This document shows, in pieces, positions 18,437-27,566 of a stretch of DNA of 64,000 nucleotides. Below the pieces are notes generated by a model. That model was given only the letters and a program-made list of their open reading frames with translations, was not told the DNA's origin and searched no databases. The position numbers and the translations under genes were made by a program. Origin of the DNA: a virus (Duplodnaviria; Caudoviricetes); the IMG/VR virus record IMGVR_UViG_3300043394_000122, positions 2,423 to 66,422 of that record; one strand, given 5' to 3'. The first letter of the stretch is position 1, and every line of letters starts with the position of its first letter.

Positions 18437-19345
18437 TTAAGCACCGGGGCTGCCAAAAATGCCAAGCGGATCCGACACCCCAAAAACGTACCTTTCGCGA
18501 GCCTTATAGCGAGCATTTCCCGTATCAAAATCACCATCCATGCTAGTTTGCATGGGAATACGGACAAAGTGCTTCATACCGTTGGGCACGTCGGTCTTCA
18601 GGAACCAAGCGTTCGTGTCGGTCAGGAAGTGGTTGACCGTGTAGCCCTCGGGGATCGAGCCGTTGTTCTTGATGGCGTTGATGTCGTTGTCGGCGGTCGC
18701 CACGCGGAGTTCAGTCTCCAGCAGACGGGTCGCAACGAACATCAGGCTCGGCGGAACGATCAGCTTGCGCGGCTTGGCAGCGATCAGCAGACCGCGCTCG
18801 TCCGTCCAGCCAGCAAGCTGAATGACGGCGGCTTCCAGGGAAGTCTCGTTCAGGTCGGCAGCGACGGTCGGACGGTTGCTGTTGGCACCACCAGAAACCA
18901 GCGGGTGATCCGTGGCGAACAGGCTCTTGCCGTCGCCGTAGGTCACGGCACCGTTGAAGCCCTGGTTCAACGGTGCCGCAGCCTTGACTTGCTTCGTGTA
19001 GGCCATAGCGCGAGCCAGAGCCTTGGTGTAGCGAGCCGACAGGCTGTCGTACAGGTTGTCTTCTATCGCCTCTTCGGTGATGGAGAAACCCAGCGCAATG
19101 GTTTCGTGGTTGTAACGAGCCGTCCAAGCTTCCTGACCGTTGTCGTAGGAAATCGCCTGACCTTCGTTCTTCACCGGGGCAGCGCCGAAGCCAGACAGCT
19201 TCGTTTCTTCTTCGAACGAACGCTCGGAAGTCTCGGTTTCGTAGATTTCCTTGTGCTCTTCGCCGTAGCGCTTGTACTCCAGGCCGAACAGCGCGTTCAG
19301 GCCGGGGATCAGTTCCTTGAGAAGTTGGGCACGAGAGATTGCCAT
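18437..19345 (-). CDS. Major capsid protein (Mu gpT-like family)
   Basis: 302 aa, MAISRAQLLKELIPGLNALFG...KARERYVFG.SDP.GIFGS; located after scaffold, followed by a terminator. Confidence 0.88.
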   Translation of the reverse strand: MAISRAQLLKELIPGLNALFGLEYKRYGEEHKEIYETETSERSFEEETKLSGFGAAPVKNEGQAISYDNGQEAWTARYNHETIALGFSITEEAIEDNLYDSLSARYTKALARAMAYTKQVKAAAPLNQGFNGAVTYGDGKSLFATDHPLVSGGANSNRPTVAADLNETSLEAAVIQLAGWTDERGLLIAAKPRKLIVPPSLMFVATRLLETELRVATADNDINAIKNNGSIPEGYTVNHFLTDTNAWFLKTDVPNGMKHFVRIPMQTSMDGDFDTGNARYKARERYVFGVSDPLGIFGSPGA

Positions 19346-19358
19346 GTTCGTTTACTCC

Positions 19359-20207
19359 TTAGATGGCGACCGCGGCCTGATAGGCGTGGTAGCCGAAGTT
19401 CCACTTGACCAGCACTTCTTGGTAGCCCGAGAAGGTCAGCGGCACGGTGCCAGAGGCCGTCGCGTTAGCAGACAGCGTGACAGACGTACCGCTCACAGCA
19501 GCCACGTAGGTGCCAGCGGCAATGCCCGTACCCGTCACCAGCATGCCGACCTTGATGCTGTCATCGGCAGCAGCCAGAGTCACGGCAGTGTTGGCGTTCG
19601 TGGTCGTGCCCGTGGCGGTCACCAACAGGGCGGTTTCCGGAACCATCTGAACGATGCGGAACGGAGCGGTCGTGGTACGACGTACGTTGCCGGAAGCCAG
19701 CATCAGACCGACGTTGGAGTTGCCAACGAGGTTGCCAGCCGTGCCATCGTTGGCGTTGGCGGTGGACATCGGGGTCAGGTTGGTACCCAGAGCCGCAGCC
19801 GGGGCGCAACCAATCACGGGGCCGGTGTTTGCGTCGTACGCAATCATCGCAGCCTTCATGACGACATCGGGGTCATCACAAACATAGGCCACAGCATCAG
19901 CCGCCACGGTGCCCGCCTTCCAGTACTGCTGACGCATCTTGCCGAACAGCGGGCCACCAGCGGGGGTGAACTCGACGCCCAGGAAGACACCCAGCGTGCC
20001 ACCCGTCTCAGCCGCAGCCGAGTCGTAGGCCAGACCAGAGGTGATCAGCGTGCCATCGTTGGTGAACTTGACCGGATCGCCGAAGTAGATGCTGGTGTTG
20101 TAACCGCTCTTGATCGGGATCATGCGGGTCGAACCAGCAAATTGCTGCCCGCCGATCAGGTTGACCGGAATCAGGCCGTAGGGCCCATTAACAGTCGGGT
20201 AAGCCAT
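19359..20207 (-). CDS. Minor capsid/decoration protein
   Basis: 282 aa immediately upstream of MCP, with a T/A/G-rich inserted domain near the C-terminus. Confidence 0.6.
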   Translation of the reverse strand: MAYPTVNGPYGLIPVNLIGGQQFAGSTRMIPIKSGYNTSIYFGDPVKFTNDGTLITSGLAYDSAAAETGGTLGVFLGVEFTPAGGPLFGKMRQQYWKAGTVAADAVAYVCDDPDVVMKAAMIAYDANTGPVIGCAPAAALGTNLTPMSTANANDGTAGNLVGNSNVGLMLASGNVRRTTTAPFRIVQMVPETALLVTATGTTTNANTAVTLAAADDSIKVGMLVTGTGIAAGTYVAAVSGTSVTLSANATASGTVPLTFSGYQEVLVKWNFGYHAYQAAVAI

Positions 20208-20222
20208 TGAAGACTCCTTGGA

Positions 20223-20687
20223 TTAGGAACCACGTCCGAACTTCACCTCGCTACGACGCTCCTTGAAGAGCGGCATACGGGGGTCGTTCTCGCGCATGAA
20301 GTTGTTGTCCACGGACTGCATCTGCCCTTCAGCTTGCTGCTGGTAGTAGGCGTTCCGCTGCTCCGTGAGTTCGACCGGGGTTTTGCAGAGGATCAGGCCC
20401 CCGATCTCAATGCTGTCCGGGAAGCGGCCTTGGCCGGTCCCCATCAGTTGGATCTCAGGGTGCTCAGAAGCCTTGACAGGTTCCCAGCCTTCGCGCAGTT
20501 TGGAGGAGACGTTCATGGGGTCACTGGCCCCAAGCGTGCTGACACGAATCCACCGGAACGCGTAACCGGGCTCCGGATTGGGCGACGGAAGAAGTTCCGG
20601 CGGCATCCACTGCTTGGGCCGCTCGGTCTTAGCACGGGCATCGCTGTCACGCGAGGCACGGGTAAACTTCATTTCTTGGTCAGCCAT
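20223..20687 (-). CDS. Conserved head-module protein
   Basis: 154 aa, W.PP.LLP.P...PGY.FRWIR...LREGWEPV; between scaffold and capsid genes. Confidence 0.6.
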   Translation of the reverse strand: MADQEMKFTRASRDSDARAKTERPKQWMPPELLPSPNPEPGYAFRWIRVSTLGASDPMNVSSKLREGWEPVKASEHPEIQLMGTGQGRFPDSIEIGGLILCKTPVELTEQRNAYYQQQAEGQMQSVDNNFMRENDPRMPLFKERRSEVKFGRGS

Positions 20688-21639
20688 TTTGCTTCCTCAT
20701 TTCTTGCGCAACCTGACGGGCATAAACGTCCAGGGGGACGCCAAGCCGCTTGGCGATGTTGACTTGTGACTGCGTCAGCACGATCTTCTTGGGCGCTGTG
20801 CTGCGCGTGGCGGGGGCGACTACAGACGACTTCTCTTTACGTACTACTTTGTCCGAAGGGAACGCATTCGGGAACATCTGACGCACGTTGTCGTTGATCT
20901 TCTCGTAGTACTCGTCGCTGGTCGGATCTACTCCGTTTTCCACAAGTTCTTCGTGCACTGCAATCGCAAGCGCCGTCATTTTCTTGTCTTTCCCGAACCA
21001 GGGGTTTGACTCTTGCCATGCCCGGGCTTTGGGATCGACTTGCGGAGCAGCAGGTTGCTGTGCTTCTGGGGGCGTTTGTACAACAGGTTTCGGCTGTTGT
21101 AAAGGGGCGGGGCGGAAGTTGTTGATGCGTTCTGCCTTGATCTTCGCGGCAGTAAGTTCTTCCATCGCTGCAATGGTGGCGTCGGTGTCGAACGCTTCCT
21201 GCGCTTCTTTCAGCTTCCGCTTGGCCGCGTCGATCTCGCTGGCCACGGTTTTCTTGGCCTGTTCCAGCAGCACTTGCTGGTTCTGCCCAAGGTTCCCTTG
21301 CAGGCGCTTGTTTTCTTCCAGCACTTGCTGGGCGATGCGCAGAGCTTCTTCCCGCTCACGCAAGGCCGCTTCCTTGGCCCGACGCTCTTCGTGATAGCCC
21401 TTGGAGAAGTGCTGAATGCGCTTCTTCACGCCTTCGCTGTACTGCGCCAACTCTTCGTCGGTCACTTCAGCGGGCGGTTCCTTCATCGGAGCGCGGCCAC
21501 GGTCCTCCGGAGGCGTGTCATCGACCACCTCGATCTCGGGTTTACCCTCACCTTCAACCTCGTACTCGACCTTCTCGTCCGACACAGTCACCGGAGTCTC
21601 GTCCGGAAACTTGAACTCGTCCTTTTTGATGTCTGCCAT
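20680..21639 (-). CDS. Capsid scaffolding protein
   Basis: 319 aa; acidic N-terminus, long coiled coil, C-terminal helix (LTQSQVNIAKRLGV...YARQ); position between portal and MCP. Confidence 0.7.
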   Translation of the reverse strand: MADIKKDEFKFPDETPVTVSDEKVEYEVEGEGKPEIEVVDDTPPEDRGRAPMKEPPAEVTDEELAQYSEGVKKRIQHFSKGYHEERRAKEAALREREEALRIAQQVLEENKRLQGNLGQNQQVLLEQAKKTVASEIDAAKRKLKEAQEAFDTDATIAAMEELTAAKIKAERINNFRPAPLQQPKPVVQTPPEAQQPAAPQVDPKARAWQESNPWFGKDKKMTALAIAVHEELVENGVDPTSDEYYEKINDNVRQMFPNAFPSDKVVRKEKSSVVAPATRSTAPKKIVLTQSQVNIAKRLGVPLDVYARQVAQEMRKQNG

Positions 21640-21852
21640 TTAGTCCTCCTTTACTTGTGCACCTTGCAGCATACGCACCTTTGTTTCAAGGTACTCCACG
21701 TAGCTTTGCTGCTCGCGCTCTCTGGCCTTGAGCGTGTTCTGAAGGTTTTCGACTGTACTCAGCATCTCTTGGATCTTTACCTGAAGACGAGTCAACTCGT
21801 ACCAAGCAAAATCTCCAGTCACGCCTTCACAGTTAACGTTGTCGTAGCTCAT
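21640..21852 (-). CDS. Small coiled-coil hypothetical protein
   Basis: 70 aa ORF filling the gap in the operon. Confidence 0.55.
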   Translation of the reverse strand: MSYDNVNCEGVTGDFAWYELTRLQVKIQEMLSTVENLQNTLKAREREQQSYVEYLETKVRMLQGAQVKED

Positions 21853-21862
21853 TTAAATGCCC

Positions 21863-22267
21863 TTAAGCGCGAGAAATACCACGCGGGTCTTGGACCACAG
21901 CTTCGACGCTATCATCGTTAATGATGCGGAATTCACGGCCATGAATCTTAACGCGAGTGCCAGTATTAGGGCGAACCAGTACAAAGTCACCAACCTTGCA
22001 CGACGGGCCGCTCGGGAAGCGCGTCTTATCAGCATAGGCATCAGGCCCCATTTTGACCACGAAGAGCACAGGCGACATCACTTCTTCGAAGTGCATCGTC
22101 TGTCCAGCTTTCAGCAGGCCGTTGTCGTACGCCTCGTCGATTTGCGGCAGTGCACACAGCAGGTGATAAGTCACCGGATCGGGCAACTGCTTGGCCTTCT
22201 GTTCTGCCGTTTCGGGCAGCGTCGTCGGCACGGCGTTTTCGCCGGTACTCAAGAGGATTTCACTCAT
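21863..22267 (-). CDS. groES: GroES/Cpn10-like co-chaperonin
   Basis: LPDP..YHLL...GLLKA...VVKMGPDAY.D...CKVGDFVL....GT.VKI.G.EFRIINDDSVEAVV. Confidence 0.82.
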   Translation of the reverse strand: MSEILLSTGENAVPTTLPETAEQKAKQLPDPVTYHLLCALPQIDEAYDNGLLKAGQTMHFEEVMSPVLFVVKMGPDAYADKTRFPSGPSCKVGDFVLVRPNTGTRVKIHGREFRIINDDSVEAVVQDPRGISRA

Positions 22268-22460
22268 CGTCGTCTTCCAGTCTTCGCACGAGGTCAGTTA
22301 CGTAGGAATGTGCCAGGGATAGACCTCGGATCTCCCCACACATGAAACGGTACTCCTCAAACGAGTTTGCGGAGCCGTCAGCAAGGGCGTGCGTTAACGC
22401 TGCACGCCTCTCTTCAATCTCTTTCAGCACCACGGAAATCGCAGTGGATGCCATGTTCAC
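22260..22460 (-). CDS. Hypothetical protein
   Basis: 66 aa helical, coupled to the portal stop; F.EY..MCGEIRGL motif. Confidence 0.7.
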   Translation of the reverse strand: MNMASTAISVVLKEIEERRAALTHALADGSANSFEEYRFMCGEIRGLSLAHSYVTDLVRRLEDDDE

Positions 22461-24964
22461 TCCTTGGTTTCAGGCTTGGGTTGCTGCTGTGCACGCGCGG
22501 CCTGACGGGCTTGCGCCTGAGCCTGCTGCCGCAGCTTCATGCGGTGCGCTTGTTCCTTGTGGATCATGTCCTGGCGGGCCTTGGCTTCCTTCTGCGCCAG
22601 TTCCTGTTGTGCACGCGCGGCCTTGACCTGGGGATCTTCGCCCTGCTTGCGCTGCGCATCGATCGCCAGTCGCTTCTGCTCAAGCTGGAGCTTGGCCTGG
22701 GCAATCTGGAAGTCCCGCAGACTGTCAGCTTCCTTGCGCTGAAGTTCCTGGGCCTTCAGTTGAAGCTCCATCTGCTGCATTTGCAACTCAGGATTCATGG
22801 CCTGCTGCTGTTGTTGCATCTGCGCCTGTGCGGCCTTGTTCTGCACCATCGTGCGCTGAGCCGCAGCGGCGATCAGCGGGGCTAGGGCCTTCTCGTCCTC
22901 TGCACTGATCGGGGTATCGTCTTCCTCGTCCAGTTGCGGCAGCGGCACGCCAAGCTGCATCTCGATCTCGGCACGGTAGGCGAACGCCGTGTGCTCCGCG
23001 ATGTGCGCCATCAGGGCAGCGGCCATCTGCTGCGCCATCGGGTTCTGTCCCAGCGCCCCGGCGATCTTTGGGTCTTGCAGGAACGACATGTGCGTCATGA
23101 TGTGCGCTTCGTGGTCCTGATACGCGAACGCCTTGACGGGCTTGCCGCGCAGCACATTCATGTTCTCCGTGATCGGATCACGCGGCTTCTGGTCTTCCGG
23201 CAGCGCCACGAGCTTGTCGGCGTTCTTGATGCCCAGCACCTCCAGCATCTGCCGGTGCAGTTGGGGCAAGTCGTAGATTTGCGGGGCACCTTGGGCCAGT
23301 TGCAGCGCCGCTTGGTACTGCATGATCCGTTGCGCCATCGTGGCGGCGTTCGGATCGCTGACCGGGATGATCTCGACCACGTCATAGTCGGCACGCTTGG
23401 CCTGCGGGTTTCCACCTAGAGGCGTGTACTCGTAGTCTTCCGGCAGGCAGTCGCGGATGATCGCCTTGAGCAGCTTGAACTCGATGCGCAGCGAGGCGTG
23501 CATGCGAGCCTGGACCGCAGACATCGTCTTCAACTGACGCTCCAGCAGCGCCAGGGTGGTGCCCACCGGGGCCTGGGCCGACATGTCGGACATCTTCAGG
23601 TCGGCGATCGCCGCCAGACGCCGTCCGTCTTCCGTGATTTTGTCCAGCAAACCGGCCAGAACCTGTGACGGCTCCTTGTACGGCAGCGGCAGGATGTTGT
23701 CCTTGATCGCGCCAGACGGAACGTCCACATCGCGGAACTCGCCCGGGGCGATCGGCGTGTCGTCCCCCTTGACGCGCAGGCCACGGCTCTTCAGACCGCC
23801 CGGGAGGTTGGCCAGGGTGCCAGCGTCCACCAACTGGCGGATGATCGAGGTGCCCGCACGGGCGTAGCCACCGATGATGTGGATGTAGCCCAGGCCGTAC
23901 GCGCCGAAGCCCGGGACGTAGTTGTACTGGACGAAATGCTGCCGTTTTTGCTTGGTTTCGTCTTCTTCGTCCCAGTTGCGGCGGATCGCCAGCACCTTGG
24001 CCGTGCCACGATCGACCGTGATGACGTACGGCAGCGCGATGCCATCCTCGTCCTCAAACCCGGCCAGATCCCAGTCAACGTGGATCTCCAATAGCTGGAA
24101 CCTATCGTCATCGGTCAGGCTATAGCCCTGATCTTCGGCCTTCTTTTTCTCGATGTCGGAGTGGGTCTGCACCGGTTCGCCCAGGTCCACGTCGCGGTAG
24201 AACCTGGCAACCTGCAGCTTCTTGACCTCGTTCTTGGTCTTGCGCATCACGTGGGTGGCGCGCTCCGCAGCGTAGATGTCGCTGGCCCCGTAGGGCATGA
24301 TGATGTCCTCGGCGGGGACGAACATGGCGACTTGGCGCTTCTTGGTCGGATCCTTGTAGACCTTCTTGAACGCGCAGCCTGCCAGACCCAGCGAGAACAG
24401 CATCCGCTCGTGGTCGGGCCGGTACTCCAGCATCTGGTCGGTGAGCTTGTAGTTCATGTCGTCACGAACGCGCTCAGCCGCCTCCTCCTTGTACTTGTCG
24501 ATCGCACCGACGATCTGGGTCTTCACCGGGCCTTGGGCCGGGAACGTCTCGGTGATCATCTCCGACTGGAACCGGATTGCGGCCTCGGTCAGCAGGGGTG
24601 AGTACACGCCGCACGCGCCAAGCCAGGGCTCAGCACGCTCTTCGTACTTCATCCCCAGCACCTCCAGGCCCTTGACGTACATCTCGACCCAGTCCTTGCG
24701 GCTGGCGATGTCAGCGTCCACGAGGCTGATCAGTTCGGTGCCCAGGCTCTCAAGTTCGCCCTCGTCCATGTACGCGGCGAGGTTGTCATCGAAGTCGGGC
24801 TCTTCTTCGCCCTTGGCCTCCATGTCGATCTGCACCCCGTCCATGTCGAACGTGATGCCCTCGATCGGCTCATCGGAGGCGATCTCGATCTCGATGGCTG
24901 GTTCATCCGACATGAGATCGGGGTCCAGCGGCATCAGTGTGGTGTCAATGTTGGTCGCCATCAT
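22457..24964 (-). CDS. Portal protein (podovirus type)
   Basis: 835 aa directly after TerL; long Q/A-rich coiled-coil C-terminal barrel. Confidence 0.88.
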   Translation of the reverse strand: MMATNIDTTLMPLDPDLMSDEPAIEIEIASDEPIEGITFDMDGVQIDMEAKGEEEPDFDDNLAAYMDEGELESLGTELISLVDADIASRKDWVEMYVKGLEVLGMKYEERAEPWLGACGVYSPLLTEAAIRFQSEMITETFPAQGPVKTQIVGAIDKYKEEAAERVRDDMNYKLTDQMLEYRPDHERMLFSLGLAGCAFKKVYKDPTKKRQVAMFVPAEDIIMPYGASDIYAAERATHVMRKTKNEVKKLQVARFYRDVDLGEPVQTHSDIEKKKAEDQGYSLTDDDRFQLLEIHVDWDLAGFEDEDGIALPYVITVDRGTAKVLAIRRNWDEEDETKQKRQHFVQYNYVPGFGAYGLGYIHIIGGYARAGTSIIRQLVDAGTLANLPGGLKSRGLRVKGDDTPIAPGEFRDVDVPSGAIKDNILPLPYKEPSQVLAGLLDKITEDGRRLAAIADLKMSDMSAQAPVGTTLALLERQLKTMSAVQARMHASLRIEFKLLKAIIRDCLPEDYEYTPLGGNPQAKRADYDVVEIIPVSDPNAATMAQRIMQYQAALQLAQGAPQIYDLPQLHRQMLEVLGIKNADKLVALPEDQKPRDPITENMNVLRGKPVKAFAYQDHEAHIMTHMSFLQDPKIAGALGQNPMAQQMAAALMAHIAEHTAFAYRAEIEMQLGVPLPQLDEEDDTPISAEDEKALAPLIAAAAQRTMVQNKAAQAQMQQQQQAMNPELQMQQMELQLKAQELQRKEADSLRDFQIAQAKLQLEQKRLAIDAQRKQGEDPQVKAARAQQELAQKEAKARQDMIHKEQAHRMKLRQQAQAQARQAARAQQQPKPETKE

Positions 24965-24970
24965 GGCTCC

Positions 24971-26524
24971 TTAATAGTACGCAGCGCGTCGAACGCTGCG
25001 GAAAAGTTTCGGCTCGTCGGGCTGGTCGGAAGGCAGGCGGATGAACCCGCCCTGGCGCACCCGCATAAGCGCTTGCGTGGCAGTATCGACGTAGTCGTCG
25101 TGCTCGCCAGCGGGGAACGCTGCGACTTCCTCGACCACCTCACGAGCCCACCGAGTATCGGGGATCCAGACACGTCCAGAGGTGAACATGTCTGCGACCG
25201 CATTCAGACGCACAACCTTGTCGTTGGATGACCCGAGCTTGGCCCGGGATGGCGAAAACTCGCTGATCGGCACGCCCATTGCGCGCAGTTCTTGGATCAG
25301 GGGTGCACCAGCGGCTTTCTTTTCGATCAGGCAGGAGTCGGGTTCCCACTCCTTGTAGTACTCCAGCGCACGGCGTTTGAGGTCGGGGAATGCCCACCGG
25401 CCCTTGATCGCATCCAGCAGGATGATGTGCGCGTTGTCGTTGTCTTCCTCGTTGAACCAGACGCCCCAGGTGGTGCACGCACTGTAGTCGCTGGTGGTTT
25501 TCGTCTCGTGGGCCGTGTCCCACGACTGGATGATGTACTCGCACTTGGGCGGCTCTTCGTGCTCCCAGATGCGCCATTGCTCACGCTTGATGATCGCCGC
25601 CACCTCGGAGGTGGGGTTTTGCATGTACTGCGCCTGCCAGAAACGCGGATCCATGCCTGCGCGCTTGGCCTGAAGCTGGTCCAGCGGCCACTGCTCGGGC
25701 CACAGGCTCTTCTCCTCGGGCGTGTTCTCGTGCAGGATCGCCGGAAGCTCCACGATCTCCCACTTGTCGGCGTCGGGATTCTTGATCTGGTGGTTGATCA
25801 GCATGCCCGTGAGGTCGATCTGGCTCCAACGGGTCATGATCACGATGATCGCGCCCCCTGGCATCAGGCGCTGCAGCGGGCCGGTCTGGAACCAGTTCCA
25901 CGCGGCGTGAAAAGGCGTGGCCGAACCCGTTTTCATGTCCTGCTCGGAGTGCGGATCGTCAATCACGAACAGGTCAGCACCCCGTCCAGCGATCGAACCG
26001 CCCACACCGACCGCGTAATACTGGCCTCCTTGAGCAGTAGACCATTTTCCCGACGCTTTTTGGTCTTCCGCGACCGTTGTACCGGGAAAAATCGCCTTGT
26101 AATCCTCAGTATCAATGAGGTTTCGAATCCTTCTGCCGAAATCTTCGGAGAGCGAAGCCGTATGCGTACCCATGATGACCTTTTTCTGGGGAAATTGACC
26201 CAGAAAATAGGCTGGGAACAAGTAAGAGGAGAACTCCGACTTGCCCATACGTGGTGCGATATTGATGATGAGGCGCTTTTTCCGCCCTTCGACCACATCT
26301 TGGAATAGAGCGGACAGTTTCCGGTGGTGAGCGCCTTCTTTGAACCCCGGATAGATGCCGTGGGCGAAGCCGAGCGCGCTTGTGCGCGCTTTTTGAATGC
26401 GGTGCCGCTTCTCTTTCTCTTCCAGAAGGTCGAAAAGCTCCATTTTTTCTGCGATCGACAGCGTTGGCAGCGCCTTCATGATGGCGTCAGCCTGCTGGGG
26501 AGACAGAAAATCGGGCAGTTTCAT
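24971..26524 (-). CDS. terL: Terminase large subunit
   Basis: Walker A (APRMGKS), Walker B (FVIDD), nuclease motifs QSWDTA and HDDYVD. Confidence 0.95.
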   Translation of the reverse strand: MKLPDFLSPQQADAIMKALPTLSIAEKMELFDLLEEKEKRHRIQKARTSALGFAHGIYPGFKEGAHHRKLSALFQDVVEGRKKRLIINIAPRMGKSEFSSYLFPAYFLGQFPQKKVIMGTHTASLSEDFGRRIRNLIDTEDYKAIFPGTTVAEDQKASGKWSTAQGGQYYAVGVGGSIAGRGADLFVIDDPHSEQDMKTGSATPFHAAWNWFQTGPLQRLMPGGAIIVIMTRWSQIDLTGMLINHQIKNPDADKWEIVELPAILHENTPEEKSLWPEQWPLDQLQAKRAGMDPRFWQAQYMQNPTSEVAAIIKREQWRIWEHEEPPKCEYIIQSWDTAHETKTTSDYSACTTWGVWFNEEDNDNAHIILLDAIKGRWAFPDLKRRALEYYKEWEPDSCLIEKKAAGAPLIQELRAMGVPISEFSPSRAKLGSSNDKVVRLNAVADMFTSGRVWIPDTRWAREVVEEVAAFPAGEHDDYVDTATQALMRVRQGGFIRLPSDQPDEPKLFRSVRRAAYY

Positions 26525-27102
26525 GCTGCGTCGGCCTGGGGTTTGGCGTCGATGTCAACGATGCTGGCATCCTCGACCGGGAGGAAGCGTGCCAGCTTCT
26601 CCTTGATCTTGGCCTCAAGCTCGTGGTCGGCCATTTCGGTCTTCTTGACCTCCATGCGGTCGGTGAAGAGCGCGACTTCGGTCACACGGCCCAGTAGCTC
26701 CAGTGCGCGCAGGCGGATCCGCGCGTCGGGGTGCTTGGTTTCCTCCACGATCTGGGCTACGGCGTAGCCACGGATTTCCTTGGCCTGATTGACGAACTCC
26801 CAGTCGTAGGCGGTCAGCATGCCCACGAGGTGCTGCACGGCAGCGGGCGTCTTCACGCGCAGCAGGGCACCCTTTTGCTGCGGCGCATCCGCCACAGTCG
26901 CTAGAGACTTAAACGCCGCACGAGCGTTTTGTTGAGCTAGCTCTTCCTCTACCGCATCTGCGGTAGGCGCACCCATTTCCTTGAGCCACTGGGCCGTGCT
27001 GTATTGCGCATCCACTACGTCCTGGGCTGAAGCAGCGTCAAGCGGCTGCACAGCGTCAAGATACGCTGGCGGTGGGTCGTAGTTGATGAGATGGTCGAGC
27101 AT
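26521..27102 (-). CDS. Putative terminase small subunit
   Basis: 193 aa, ATGA-coupled upstream of TerL; first gene of the late block. Confidence 0.6.
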   Translation of the reverse strand: MLDHLINYDPPPAYLDAVQPLDAASAQDVVDAQYSTAQWLKEMGAPTADAVEEELAQQNARAAFKSLATVADAPQQKGALLRVKTPAAVQHLVGMLTAYDWEFVNQAKEIRGYAVAQIVEETKHPDARIRLRALELLGRVTEVALFTDRMEVKKTEMADHELEAKIKEKLARFLPVEDASIVDIDAKPQADAA

Positions 27103-27124
27103 TGTCGAGCCTTTGCGCAGGGTA

Positions 27125-27154
27125 TTGCACCCGGGGATGGCGCGAGTGTATAGT
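27125..27154 (+). promoter_or_regulatory. Sigma70-like promoter divergent from TerS
   Basis: TTGCAC-18 bp-TATAGT. Confidence 0.4.
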
Positions 27155-27208
27155 CAACCCGTCGTCAGATGCAAGACGATCTCCATCCAGGGCGGTCCAT
27201 CCGCTTTT

Positions 27209-27236
27209 AGCCCCGGCACAGAACGGGGCTTTTTTC
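27209..27236 (+). terminator. Intrinsic terminator
   Basis: AGCCCCG-GCACAGAA-CGGGGCT-TTTTT. Confidence 0.75.
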
Positions 27237-27485
27237 TGTCTGCAGTTGTCTAATCTTAGACAGCAGGTATGCAAAATTTTTATAGTGGGGTGGGGGTCTG
27301 CTGCATTGCAGCATAGGGGGGCCTTTTTGTATTTTGGGGGTGGTGGGGTTGAAAACGGTAAAAAATGCAAAGTGTGGTTGTGGATTCGTGTTGTTGTGCA
27401 GCCGCCATGCCTCACCACATACAGGGCTCCCCCGGATACGGTGGGGTCCAGATACCGGACTTTCAGGACTGCAGGAACCCCCTCG

Positions 27486-27502
27486 TGGTAAAATAGTGTC
27501 AA
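27486..27502 (+). promoter_or_regulatory. Extended -10 promoter of the early block, overlapping an operator half-site
   Basis: TG-G-TAAAAT (27486-27494) directly followed by AGTGTCAA. Confidence 0.45.
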
Positions 27503-27535
27503 CGGTTCGGGGCATATCGTCCACGACGTTTCATC

Positions 27536-27554
27536 TAGTGTCACATTGACACTA
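27536..27554. promoter_or_regulatory. Palindromic operator-like site 1
   Basis: TAGTGTCA-CAT-TGACACTA, next to the RBS of the first early gene. Confidence 0.65.
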
Positions 27555-27566
27555 CAGGAGATTGCA

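Noticed and set aside
17382-18437. GIY-YIG gene as a group I intron ORF in the capsid gene
   Set aside because: MCP ends normally (GIFGSPGA-stop) and is followed by a terminator; I found no P7-type intron core sequences, so it is treated as free-standing.
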